Assembly: GCA_028716245.1 (NCBI GenBank)
Contig: JAQUQW010000001.1
Location: forward strand, 296,793-360,792
Reading direction: 5' to 3'
Length of the DNA stretch: 64,000 nt
DNA from: Candidatus Omnitrophota bacterium
Lineage (GTDB): Bacteria > Omnitrophota > Gorgyraeia > Gygaellales > Profunditerraquicolaceae
Part shown: piece after piece, positions 30,574 to 39,684 of the stretch
Numbering within the stretch: the first letter of the stretch is position 1
Layout of the letters: each line of letters starts with the position of its first letter
Notes under the pieces: generated by a model
What the model saw: the letters and a program-made list of their open reading frames with translations, nothing else
Databases searched by the model: none
What the model was told of the DNA's origin: nothing
Translations under genes and position numbers: made by a program

Positions 30574-31853
30574 TGCATAAAAAAATATTCATTGGGTTTT
30601 TATTTATTGTTCTTGTGCTTATCGGTACCAGGATCTCTTTTTCCGACAACAAGAATAAAAATAACGATGCGCTGTACAAACAGGTGGAACTATTTTCCGA
30701 TACCCTGGCAATTATCCAAAAGGAATATGTTGATGATACAAAACCCAAAGATTTGATTTATGGTTCATTAAAAGGCATGCTTTCTTCCCTTGATCCGCAC
30801 AGCCAATTTATGGATCCGGATACTTACAATGAATTAAAGGTGGATACCGAAGGAAAATTCGGCGGTCTGGGCATTGAAATTACCATCAAAGACGGTTTGC
30901 TCACCATAATTACCCCGATTGAAGATACCCCTGCCTGGAAAGCGGGAATAAAAGCTGGCGACCATATTGTAAAGATCAATGATGCCTTGACCCGCGAGAT
31001 GACCCTTACCGACGCGGTTAAGAAGATGCGCGGTGCGCCCGGAGAAACAGTTAATCTTACGATATTGCGGGATTCCGAAAATAAACTCCTGGATTTTAAA
31101 ATTACCAGGGCAGTCATTAAAATTGAAGATATAAAATATGCGCGTATTTTGGAGGATGGGATCGGTTATATCCGTTTGATTGAATTCCGCGAAAATACCT
31201 TGCAGGAATTCAATAATGCTTTAAGTTCTCTTGTCAAACAGGGAATGCAGGGTTTAATAATAGACTTGCGTAATAATCCCGGAGGGCTTCTGGATGTCGC
31301 GGTGAAAATCACCGGCCGGTTCATCGCACCCAATAAAATGATTGTTAATACCAAAGGCAGGCATAAAGAGCAGAATCTGGAGTTTTATTCTGACGCCAAA
31401 AACGCGCTTTTAGATTTACCTATGGTGATCCTGATTAATGGAGGCTCAGCTTCCGGCAGCGAAATTATGGCCGGGGCCCTTCAGGATTATAAACGCGCCA
31501 TAATTATCGGAACTAAATCTTTTGGCAAGGGCTCGGTTCAGACCGTTATACCTCTGGGGGATGGTTCAGCCTTACGCCTGACTACCAGCCACTATTTTAC
31601 GCCATCCGGTAAGATTATTAATGGTAAAGGGGTTACTCCGGATATTCTGGTGGAAGAGAATAAAGAGCCGGATCTTCTTAAAGACCAGGATGCAAAAGTT
31701 AAGAAACCAAATGAACTATTTAATGAGATTGAAAGTAAACAGCCTAAAAATAAGCCGATAGGAGAGGTTTTTAATTATAAGGATGATCTCCAGTTGATTC
31801 GCGCTCTGAATACCTTAAAAGCCATAGTAATTTATAAACAGTCAAAGTTGTAA
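30570..31853 (+). CDS. ctpA: carboxyl-terminal processing protease (S41 family) with PDZ domain
   Basis: PDZ (GGLGIEITIKDGLLTIITPIEDTPAWKAGIKAGDHIVKIND), the S41 catalytic region (LRNNPGGLLD ... SASGSEIMAGAL...GTKSFGKGSVQ), and a signal peptide. Confidence 0.85.
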   Translation: MMHKKIFIGFLFIVLVLIGTRISFSDNKNKNNDALYKQVELFSDTLAIIQKEYVDDTKPKDLIYGSLKGMLSSLDPHSQFMDPDTYNELKVDTEGKFGGLGIEITIKDGLLTIITPIEDTPAWKAGIKAGDHIVKINDALTREMTLTDAVKKMRGAPGETVNLTILRDSENKLLDFKITRAVIKIEDIKYARILEDGIGYIRLIEFRENTLQEFNNALSSLVKQGMQGLIIDLRNNPGGLLDVAVKITGRFIAPNKMIVNTKGRHKEQNLEFYSDAKNALLDLPMVILINGGSASGSEIMAGALQDYKRAIIIGTKSFGKGSVQTVIPLGDGSALRLTTSHYFTPSGKIINGKGVTPDILVEENKEPDLLKDQDAKVKKPNELFNEIESKQPKNKPIGEVFNYKDDLQLIRALNTLKAIVIYKQSKL

Positions 31854-31868
31854 AAGTATCTGTAAATA

Positions 31869-32645
31869 TTGCGGTCAATGAAAAATAAGCCTCTGATTGT
31901 TATCGCGGTAATTTTAGTTTTACTTTTATTCATTGCCCTTATTCTGACACCGATTTATAAAAAAGTGCCGGGCAAGAAAGTCTTTGCAAAGGCAAGAATC
32001 GCCATCGTAATTGATGATTGGGGTTATCATTTGGATAATCTGGCAATCATCAAAAAAATAAAGGTGCCTTTGACCTGCGCGATTTTACCGAACTTAAAAA
32101 ATTCAAGCCTTGTCGCCCAAAAATTGAATGGTTTTGGTTTTGAAATAATCCTCCACCTGCCAATGGAGCCTAAAGAAAAAATCAGGTTGGAAAGCAATAC
32201 CATCACCTCCGTTATGGATGCCGGCCAGATTCATGATATCCTGGATAAAGATTTAGCCTCGGTTATCTTTGCCAAAGGAATTTCTAACCACATGGGATCA
32301 CGGATTACCGAGGATAGAAAGATCAGCGCAATAGTAATGGCCGAAGTAAAAAAACGTAAGCTATATTTCCTGGATAGTTTTGTAACCGCTAAATCCGTCT
32401 GCCGGGAAATTTCCGCAAAGATAAAAGTAAGATTCGCCAGAAGAGATGTATTTCTGGATAATCAGGATGATCCGGTATATATAAGAGACCAGTTGATGAA
32501 ATTAATGAACCTGGCCAGAAGGCAAAAAACTGTAATTGCTATCGGCCATGATCGTAAAAACACTTTAACGGTATTAAATGAAATGCTTCCAACAATGAAA
32601 AAAGAAGGCTATAAATTTGTTTTTGTTTCGGAGATAGCTAGATGA
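31869..32645 (+). CDS. divergent polysaccharide deacetylase family protein (YibQ-like)
   Basis: N-terminal TM helix, then IAIVIDDWGY...LTCAILP...ILHLPMEP, typical of the YibQ/DUF610 family. Confidence 0.65.
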   Translation: MRSMKNKPLIVIAVILVLLLFIALILTPIYKKVPGKKVFAKARIAIVIDDWGYHLDNLAIIKKIKVPLTCAILPNLKNSSLVAQKLNGFGFEIILHLPMEPKEKIRLESNTITSVMDAGQIHDILDKDLASVIFAKGISNHMGSRITEDRKISAIVMAEVKKRKLYFLDSFVTAKSVCREISAKIKVRFARRDVFLDNQDDPVYIRDQLMKLMNLARRQKTVIAIGHDRKNTLTVLNEMLPTMKKEGYKFVFVSEIAR

Positions 32646-33625
32646 TTGTCTTAGGGGTTGAGAGTTCTTGCGATGAGACCGGGGTTGCCGTAGTCAGGGA
32701 CGGGAAGAAAATCCTGTCTAACGTAGTTGCCAGCAGCCTCAAGATACACAGTAAACACGGTGGAGTAGTTCCGGAGATTGCCTCGCGTATGCAGCTGGAA
32801 AGCATCGCCGGAGTTTTCTCTGAAGCAATTAAGATCGCCAAGATAAGACCGGAGCAAATAGATTTGATATCCGTAACCGCCGGCCCCGGATTGCCGGGAT
32901 CACTGCTGGTGGGGATTTCTTTTGCTAAAGCATTGGCATTAAGTTTGGACAGGCCGATACTGGGCATTAATCACATCCATAGCCATGTTTATGCCAATCT
33001 GCTTTGTCATCATAATATCAAAACGCCCTGCGTAGCTTTAGTTGTTTCCGGCGGCCACACAACTCTTTTTTATATAGAAGATTTCAGTAAAATTAAAATC
33101 TTGGGGCAAACTTGCGATGATGCCTGCGGCGAAGCTTTTGATAAAGTGGCAAAAATTATGGGAATGGGTTATCCCGGAGGCCCGCTGATTGAAAAATTAG
33201 CCAAGGGCGCAGATGGCCGTAAAATTAAGTTTGCCTGCTGCGGGACGGACAATGAGCTGGATTTTAGTTTTAGCGGCATAAAAACCGCGGTCTTATATTA
33301 TTTAAAGGATAAAAAAGCAGGAAAAAAAATAAAAAAGGATCTGGCTGCTTCTTTCCAGGAAAGCGCAGTCAATGCTTTGATCAGAAAATCGCTCCTTGCC
33401 TGCAAACGTAAAGGTGTTAAAAATCTTTTAATTGGCGGAGGCGTAGTTGCCAACAGTTGTTTGCGTCAAAAATTCGCGCAGAGCTCTAAAAAAAACGGGA
33501 TTAATTGTTTTTTTCCAAGCATCAATTTATGCCTGGATAATGCGGCTATGGTTGCCGGCCTAGCGGATTATCTCTATAAACAAGGTTTGAGAAGCAGTCT
33601 TAACCTGAATATGGAATTTAACTAA
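32642..33625 (+). CDS. tsaD: tRNA N6-adenosine threonylcarbamoyltransferase
   Basis: MIVLGVESSCDETGVAVV, the HSH metal-binding region (INHIHSHVYA), and GGGVVANSCLR. Confidence 0.9.
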   Translation: MIVLGVESSCDETGVAVVRDGKKILSNVVASSLKIHSKHGGVVPEIASRMQLESIAGVFSEAIKIAKIRPEQIDLISVTAGPGLPGSLLVGISFAKALALSLDRPILGINHIHSHVYANLLCHHNIKTPCVALVVSGGHTTLFYIEDFSKIKILGQTCDDACGEAFDKVAKIMGMGYPGGPLIEKLAKGADGRKIKFACCGTDNELDFSFSGIKTAVLYYLKDKKAGKKIKKDLAASFQESAVNALIRKSLLACKRKGVKNLLIGGGVVANSCLRQKFAQSSKKNGINCFFPSINLCLDNAAMVAGLADYLYKQGLRSSLNLNMEFN

Positions 33626-33630
33626 CTAAT

Positions 33631-33727
33631 ACCCCGCGCTAAAGACACCCGACGCTAAGAGGTATTGTGTAGGTGTGCGCTAAGTAGCGCAAATTGCGCG
33701 GGTGTGCGCTTTCTGCGCAAGGAGGAG
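33631..33727 (+). promoter_or_regulatory. structured leader element copy B (longest copy, with internal duplication) upstream of the mgtC-bactofilin operon
   Basis: ACCCCGCGC ... GGTATTGTGTAGGTGTGCGCTAAGTAGCGC ... GCGCGGGTG, then hairpin TGCGC-TTTCT-GCGCA, then AAGGAGG. The 3' module co-varies with copy A. Confidence 0.4.
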
Positions 33728-33730
33728 AAA

Positions 33731-34177
33731 ATGCCTACTGATTTAGAAATGGTTACGCGTTTATTATTGACTTTAACCTTAAGCGGATTAATTGGCCTTG
33801 AGCGGCAGGTCCACCGCAGGGATGCCGGCTTGCGCACGCATATACTGGTAGCTTTAGGTTCATGTCTTATAATGTTGACATCTATATATGTTTTTGATAT
33901 ATATAAAGACAGTGCTTCGCTGGATCCGGCCCGTATTGCCGCCGGGGTAATCACCGGTATTGGATTTCTGGGCGCTGGCGCCATAATCCGTGAACCTGAA
34001 CGGATCCGGGGGCTGACTACCGCTGCCAGTTTATGGGTAGTTGCCGGCATTGGTTTAGCGGTAGGAATCGGTTTTAATAAAGTAGCAATCTATACCACAA
34101 TTTTGGTATTAATCGTTTTGCATTTCTTGCGTTACGTGGAAGGATCGCTCACCAAGGAGGATAAACATGGCATTTAA
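33731..34177 (+). CDS. MgtC/SapB family membrane protein (N-terminal MgtC domain only)
   Basis: LIGLERQVHRRDAGLRTHILVALGSCLIML...AAGVITGIGFLGAGAI. ATG at 33731 with an AAGGAGG RBS. The ORF-track start at 33665 lies inside the leader element and is rejected. Confidence 0.7.
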   Translation: MPTDLEMVTRLLLTLTLSGLIGLERQVHRRDAGLRTHILVALGSCLIMLTSIYVFDIYKDSASLDPARIAAGVITGIGFLGAGAIIREPERIRGLTTAASLWVVAGIGLAVGIGFNKVAIYTTILVLIVLHFLRYVEGSLTKEDKHGI

Positions 34178-34670
34178 AAAGAAACTGGAGGAAAAAACTC
34201 TGGATGTGGACGCGGCAATGCAGGGGACTTTAAGCTTCAAAGATCCGGTTAATCTGCGTATTAATGGAAAATTCGAAGGAAATCTGGATACCCGCGGCAA
34301 CCTTACGGTCGGACCTACCGCCATAATTAATGCCGATATTATCGGGGATAATATTATTATCGGAGGCAAGGTTAAAGGTAAAATTACCGCCCGCGAACGG
34401 CTGACTCTCTTGCCGCAAGCCGTAGTTGAGGGCCATATTTATCCGGCAAAACTTAATGTTGCCGAAGGCGCTATTCTTGAAGGCCAATGTTCGATGCTCC
34501 ATGATTTTCTTAACTCCGAGCAGCTGGCAAAATACCTGGAAGTAGAATTAAGCTCGATCATGGAGTGGGCTAATTCGGGAAAGGTCCCGGCGAATAAAGA
34601 GAATGATGATTGGAAATTCGAACGTAAAGCCATAGACAGCTGGGTGGCTGCGGGTAAAATAGGAAAATAA
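34167..34670 (+). CDS. bactofilin (polymer-forming beta-helix protein) fused to a C-terminal excisionase/MerR-type HTH domain
   Basis: Bactofilin repeat pattern NLRINGKFEGNLDTRGNLTVGPTAIINADIIGDNIIIGGKVKGKITARERLTLLPQAVVEGHIYPAKLNVAEGAILEGQCSM, followed by SEQLAKYLEVELSSIMEWANSGKVPANKENDDWKFERKAIDSWV (HTH_17-like). Overlaps mgtC by 11 nt. Confidence 0.75.
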   Translation: MAFKKKLEEKTLDVDAAMQGTLSFKDPVNLRINGKFEGNLDTRGNLTVGPTAIINADIIGDNIIIGGKVKGKITARERLTLLPQAVVEGHIYPAKLNVAEGAILEGQCSMLHDFLNSEQLAKYLEVELSSIMEWANSGKVPANKENDDWKFERKAIDSWVAAGKIGK

Positions 34671-34683
34671 ACTTACGATAAAA

Positions 34684-34995
34684 ATGAGCGAAGAAAAAAT
34701 GCTGACAGTCAGGGATGTCTCGATTATACTGGGCATATCGGAGAAGGATGTTTTAGATCTAACTGAAAACGGAACGATTCCCGGTTATAAAATAGGAGGC
34801 GTATACTTAAGGTTTAAAAAAGAACAGGTTGAGCAGTATAAAAAAACCCAGCATCACCTGCACCCAAACGCGCTCAAACAGGAATCCGCAGGTTTTGGCA
34901 GCAAGATTTCCGATTTTTTCTATTTCCACGATTTCTATATCCTGGCCGCAATTCTTATAATCCTTTTAGGATATCTTGTTTACCGGGGCCTATAG
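34684..34995 (+). CDS. membrane-anchored excisionase-type HTH DNA-binding protein
   Basis: MLTVRDVSIILGISEKDVLDLTENGTIPGYKIGGVYLRFKKEQVEQY is an HTH_17 domain, followed by a C-terminal TM helix (FFYFHDFYILAAILIILLGYLVY). Confidence 0.6.
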   Translation: MSEEKMLTVRDVSIILGISEKDVLDLTENGTIPGYKIGGVYLRFKKEQVEQYKKTQHHLHPNALKQESAGFGSKISDFFYFHDFYILAAILIILLGYLVYRGL

Positions 34996-35000
34996 TTTAA

Positions 35001-35672
35001 ATGTCTGTGAAAAAAGGTTTTTGCGATTTAGGGTTTGCCAAGTTTGACATCGATAGAATAAAACGTAAAGGGTTTGCCGAAGTTATTTATTGTCCGGGTA
35101 AGGACCGGGCGCACTTAAAAGAAATTGCCAAAAAAATAACTAAGTCCAAACAAGACCTGTTGTTAACCAAGCTGGACAAAGCCACGTTTTCTTTTTTAAA
35201 GAAAGTTATTCCCGCGTTAAAATATAACCCTCTGGCAAAAATCGGCTATCTCTTAGCAAAACCTAAAATCCTCTCTAGAGGTTCGATTTTAGTGGTTTCC
35301 GCGGGCACCAGCGACATTCCTATAGCTGAAGAAGCGGCGCAAACCTTGGAAATTATGGGTAATCGCGTTGAAAGATTATACGATGTCGGCGTAGCCGGCG
35401 TACACCGCCTGATGGATAATATTGAGAAATTAAAACTAGCTCAGGTAATCATTGTTGTGGCGGGAATGGAAGGGGCTTTACCAAGTTTAGTCAGCGGGTT
35501 GGTCAAGGCGCCGATTATCGCGGTTCCGACCAGCTGCGGCTATGGCTCCAGTTTTTCCGGTCTGGCCGCGCTGCTGACGATGTTAAACGGATGCTCGCCG
35601 GGGGTCACAGTGGTAAATATAGATAACGGGTTCGGGGCGGGTTATTTTGCCAGTTTGATCAACAGGGGATAA
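35001..35672 (+). CDS. larB: LarB-like PurE-fold protein (nickel-pincer cofactor biosynthesis carboxylase family)
   Basis: PurE-like core (ILVVSAGTSDIPIAEEAAQTLEIMGNRVERLYDVGVAGVHRL...VIIVVAGMEGALPSLVSGLVKAPIIAVPTS) with an N-terminal extension of about 85 aa, as in LarB. Confidence 0.6.
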   Translation: MSVKKGFCDLGFAKFDIDRIKRKGFAEVIYCPGKDRAHLKEIAKKITKSKQDLLLTKLDKATFSFLKKVIPALKYNPLAKIGYLLAKPKILSRGSILVVSAGTSDIPIAEEAAQTLEIMGNRVERLYDVGVAGVHRLMDNIEKLKLAQVIIVVAGMEGALPSLVSGLVKAPIIAVPTSCGYGSSFSGLAALLTMLNGCSPGVTVVNIDNGFGAGYFASLINRG

Positions 35673-35674
35673 TC

Positions 35675-37006
35675 ATGGCGTTATCGGGTTTAGATATTTA
35701 TAAGTTATTACCTAAAACAAACTGCCGCCAGTGCGGATTTGCTACTTGCCTGGCTTTTGCCATGCAGCTGGCTAAAAAAGCGGTCACAATTGAAAAATGC
35801 CCTTTTATTTCGCCGGAAGCTAAAATGATTTTAGAGGCGCAAGCCCAGCCTCCGATTAAACCAATTATTTTAGGCAATAAGGAATCAAATTTTGAGGTCG
35901 GCAATGAAACAGTAATGTTCAGGCATGAAGAAAAATTCCGTAATCCGGCAGGAATCGGTTTTATTATCGAAGATAATCTAAGTGAGGCGGAAATAAAAGC
36001 CAGGCTTAAAGAAATCAATCAGTTAAAATTTGAACGGGTAGGCCAGCTGCTGGAAGTTAATCTGTTGGCTTTAAAACAAAATAAGGACGCTAAAAGTTTT
36101 CTTGAGGCGACTAAATTGTTCCTGGACAATACTCCTTTACCGCTAATGTTGATGAGCGGCGACTTAGCAGCTTTAAGGCAGGCAGCGGAAATCGCCAAAG
36201 ACCGTAAACCCCTGCTTTATTGCGCCACCAAGGATAATTTCGCCCAAATTGGAGCGATTGCCAAAGAGTTTGGGCTGCCGCTGGTAGCAACCGCGCAGAA
36301 TTTTGATAATCTCTCTGAACTTACCAAAGAACTTAACGCCTTAGGGGTACATAACCTGATTTTAGATACCGGGAAGAAATCCGTGACTGATAAAATCTGG
36401 GACTTAACGCAATTACGCCGCCAGGCGCTTAAAAAATCCAACCGGACATTGGGATATCCTGCTTTGGCGATCGTCGATAAAACCGATCCTTACGAAGAAG
36501 CTGTCGAGGCAACCGCTTATATCGCTAAATACGCCGGGATTGTTTTGATCAAAGGCACCGCGGCCTGGGAAATCATCTCTATTTTGACCTTAAGGCAGAA
36601 TATTTATACCGACCCGCAGAAACCCCTGCAGATCGAATCCAAGCTTTATCCGATAGGGCAAGTCAATCCGGATTCCCCGGTTTTAATCACGACTAACTTT
36701 TCCTTAAGCTATTTTACTGTTTTAGGAGAAGTGGAGGCCAGCAAAATACCGGCTTATATTTTAAGCGTGGATACTCAAGGCATGTCTGTGCTTACCGCCT
36801 GGGCCGCAGAAAAATTCAACGCCGAATGTATCACTAAATCCCTGGCTGACCATGGCGTTAAAAACGCGATCAAACACAAGAATTTGATTATCCCAGGGTA
36901 TGTGGCGATAATCAGCGGCGACCTTGCGGACAAGTCGGGTTTTGAAATAATCGTCGGCCCTAAAGAAGCGGCGGGGATCCCTGCGTTTCTAAAAAACCTA
37001 AACTGA
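35675..37006 (+). CDS. acsC: corrinoid iron-sulfur protein large subunit (acetyl-CoA decarbonylase/synthase gamma subunit)
   Basis: N-terminal 4Fe-4S motif LPKTNCRQCGFATCLAFAMQLAKK...KCP, a TIM-barrel pterin-binding-like middle domain, and a size of about 443 aa typical of AcsC/CdhE. Confidence 0.8.
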   Translation: MALSGLDIYKLLPKTNCRQCGFATCLAFAMQLAKKAVTIEKCPFISPEAKMILEAQAQPPIKPIILGNKESNFEVGNETVMFRHEEKFRNPAGIGFIIEDNLSEAEIKARLKEINQLKFERVGQLLEVNLLALKQNKDAKSFLEATKLFLDNTPLPLMLMSGDLAALRQAAEIAKDRKPLLYCATKDNFAQIGAIAKEFGLPLVATAQNFDNLSELTKELNALGVHNLILDTGKKSVTDKIWDLTQLRRQALKKSNRTLGYPALAIVDKTDPYEEAVEATAYIAKYAGIVLIKGTAAWEIISILTLRQNIYTDPQKPLQIESKLYPIGQVNPDSPVLITTNFSLSYFTVLGEVEASKIPAYILSVDTQGMSVLTAWAAEKFNAECITKSLADHGVKNAIKHKNLIIPGYVAIISGDLADKSGFEIIVGPKEAAGIPAFLKNLN

Positions 37007-38931
37007 TGCAAAAATTCAAAGTTACATTCTTACCGGATAATAAAACTGTTTCTGTCGATAAAGACTCAACCGTACTTTCGGCGGCAATCTCGGCAGGAGT
37101 CTATATCAATTCTACCTGCGGCGGAGATGGGATTTGCGGAAGGTGCAAAGTTGTCGTAAAAGGACAGGTTACCAGCCAGCCCAATGGGATAATTACTCCC
37201 GAGGAACGCAAGAATAATATCTATTTAGCCTGCCTGACAAATGTCCATGGAGACTTAGAGGTCCAGGTTCCCGATAGTTCACGGCTTAATTTTGATAAGC
37301 TTACTCCTGAAGAATTAGAGGAGCGTTTAAACGGGTTTTATTCAAAAGCAGAAGAGATCTCTCCGGTAAAAGCAAAATTTGAAGACCGGGTTTTTAAGCA
37401 TTCTCCATTTGCCACAAAATTATATCTTGAACTGCCTAAACCGACGATTAATGACAGTATCAGCGATCTGGAAAGGCTATACCGGGCCCTGAGGAATTTT
37501 GAAGAATTTCCCGTAATCCAGGCCGGCTTATTTAATATCCGCCAGCTGGGTGAATTATTGCGCGATTATGAATGGAAAGTTACCGTAACGCTGGGTAAAC
37601 GCAATAATACGGTTGAGATCGTGCTCATTGAGCCCGGCGATACAACGCAGAAGAACTTCGGGCTTTGTTTTGATATCGGCACAACTACAATTTCCGGCCA
37701 ACTGGTAAATCTAAATTCAAAAAAAATCCTGGGAACAAAAGCCGCTTATAATCAACAGGCGGCTTTCGGCAGCGATGTAATTACGCGCATAATTCACGCG
37801 GCAAAAAGCGATGGCTTGGAACAGTTGCATAATGCCGTTTGCGACACAATAAACCAGATTATCAAAGACCTGGTTTTAGAACACAAGGTGGATTTAAACA
37901 CGGTTAACTGCATTGTCTGCTCGGGGAACACTACAATGATACATCTGCTTTTAAATATGGATCCTTCCCATATCCACAGGGAACCGTATGTTCCGACGGC
38001 AAACTTCCTGCCGGTAGTGCGGGCCGCAGAAGCCGGAATAAATATTAACCCCAGAGGCCTGCTGGCTTGCGTTTCGGGGGTCTCTAGTTTCGTCGGCGGG
38101 GATACTACCGCCGGAGTTCTATCCAGCGGGTTATACCAAAAAGAAAAACCCTGCATATTAATTGATATTGGCACAAACGGGGAAATTGTTTTAGGTAATC
38201 AAGAATTCCTGGTTGCCTGCGCGGCATCCGCCGGCCCGGCTTTTGAAGGCAGCGGGGTCACCAGCGGGATGCGGGCAAGCAGCGGGGCGATCCAAAAAGT
38301 GCGCATCGATAGAAAAGATTTTAATGTTAAATATTCCGTGATCCAGGATAAAAAACCCAAGGGGATTTGCGGCTCGGGTTATATCGACCTGCTCAGTGAA
38401 ATGCTAGAGGCAAGGATAATTGATAAGAGCGGAAAAATCAAAGCCCAAAACCATCGGCGTATCCGCCAAACCGATCTTGGTTATGAATTTGTGGTTTGTT
38501 TTAAAGAAGAAACCGCTGCCGGCTCGGATATTGTGATTAACGAAGCCGACATTGAAAACCTTAAACGCTCTAAAGGAGCGATATATTCAGCCACCTCGAT
38601 TTTAGTTAAACATTTGGGTTTGGAATTTGCGGCAATCCATAAGTTTTATATTGCCGGAGGGTTTGGAACCTACCTGGACATTGAAAAAGCAATCAGGATA
38701 GGGTTATTACCGGATTTGGAACGCGCAAAGTTTGTTTTTATCGGGAACAGTTCCCTGGCAGGGGCAAGAGAGATACTTTTATCAAGCCAAGCGATGGAGA
38801 TGGGGGATAATCTTGCCTCGAAAATCACTTATTTTGAATTATCGGTTGAACCCGGATATATGGAGGAGTATAGCCAGGCTTTATTCTTTCCGCATACGGA
38901 TTTAACCAAATTCCCAACGGTGAAATTTTAA
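37006..38931 (+). CDS. corrinoid activation/regeneration protein (RACo; 2Fe-2S ferredoxin + ASKHA ATPase)
   Basis: N-terminal plant-type 2Fe-2S domain (CGGDGICGRCKV ... ACLT) followed by an ASKHA/DUF4445 ATPase domain (DIGTTTISGQLV, IDIGTNGEIV). About 640 aa, as in RACo. Confidence 0.75.
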   Translation: MQKFKVTFLPDNKTVSVDKDSTVLSAAISAGVYINSTCGGDGICGRCKVVVKGQVTSQPNGIITPEERKNNIYLACLTNVHGDLEVQVPDSSRLNFDKLTPEELEERLNGFYSKAEEISPVKAKFEDRVFKHSPFATKLYLELPKPTINDSISDLERLYRALRNFEEFPVIQAGLFNIRQLGELLRDYEWKVTVTLGKRNNTVEIVLIEPGDTTQKNFGLCFDIGTTTISGQLVNLNSKKILGTKAAYNQQAAFGSDVITRIIHAAKSDGLEQLHNAVCDTINQIIKDLVLEHKVDLNTVNCIVCSGNTTMIHLLLNMDPSHIHREPYVPTANFLPVVRAAEAGININPRGLLACVSGVSSFVGGDTTAGVLSSGLYQKEKPCILIDIGTNGEIVLGNQEFLVACAASAGPAFEGSGVTSGMRASSGAIQKVRIDRKDFNVKYSVIQDKKPKGICGSGYIDLLSEMLEARIIDKSGKIKAQNHRRIRQTDLGYEFVVCFKEETAAGSDIVINEADIENLKRSKGAIYSATSILVKHLGLEFAAIHKFYIAGGFGTYLDIEKAIRIGLLPDLERAKFVFIGNSSLAGAREILLSSQAMEMGDNLASKITYFELSVEPGYMEEYSQALFFPHTDLTKFPTVKF

Positions 38932-39684
38932 ATGGGTAAAATCATCGCGCTAGCCGGAAAAGGCGGGACCGGAAAAACCACGCTGAGCGCTTTAATTATC
39001 CGTTTGATTAAAGAAAAAAAATTGGGTTCGGTTTTAGCTATTGATGCTGACCCGAATAGTAATTTAGGGGAGGCGCTGGGGGTAAAATCCGAGGAGAGCA
39101 TCGGTAAAATACTTGATCTTATATGCACTGACCCGGATAAAGTTCCAACCGGTATGACCAAGGAGCGTTTTATTCAGCATCAAGTGCAATCGGCAATCCA
39201 GGAAGAGCAAGGTTTTGACATCTTAAGCATGGGTAAGCCGGAAGGCCCGGGTTGTTATTGTTACGTCAATAATGTCCTGCGCGGAGTAATCACCAAGCTG
39301 ATTCATGACTACGATTACATCGTAATCGATAATGAGGCCGGGTTAGAGCATTTGTCCCGGCGCACCACTCGCTTTGCCGACATACTCATTGTTGTTTCAG
39401 ATGCCTCCAGCGTCGGCTTAAAGTCGGCCAAAAGAATCATCGACTTAGTAAAGCAGCTGAAATTTGAAGTAAAAAAAAGTTTTCTTTTGATTAACCGTTT
39501 TAACAAAAACATCGATAATGAAAAAATCAAGGCAACCGGCCTGAATTATTTAGGCAATCTGCCCAATGATCTGGAAATCGAAAATTTAAGCCTTGAAGGA
39601 AAATCAATTTTTGAATTGAAATCAAACGCGCCGGTATTTAAGGCGCTTAATTTACTGGGAGAGCAAATATGGGAACGCAATTAG
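38932..39684 (+). CDS. cooC: CooC/AcsF-type nickel-insertion accessory ATPase (MinD/ParA superfamily)
   Basis: Deviant Walker A GKGGTGKTT and the CooC-like CxC motif region (GPGCYCYVNN). Confidence 0.75.
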   Translation: MGKIIALAGKGGTGKTTLSALIIRLIKEKKLGSVLAIDADPNSNLGEALGVKSEESIGKILDLICTDPDKVPTGMTKERFIQHQVQSAIQEEQGFDILSMGKPEGPGCYCYVNNVLRGVITKLIHDYDYIVIDNEAGLEHLSRRTTRFADILIVVSDASSVGLKSAKRIIDLVKQLKFEVKKSFLLINRFNKNIDNEKIKATGLNYLGNLPNDLEIENLSLEGKSIFELKSNAPVFKALNLLGEQIWERN

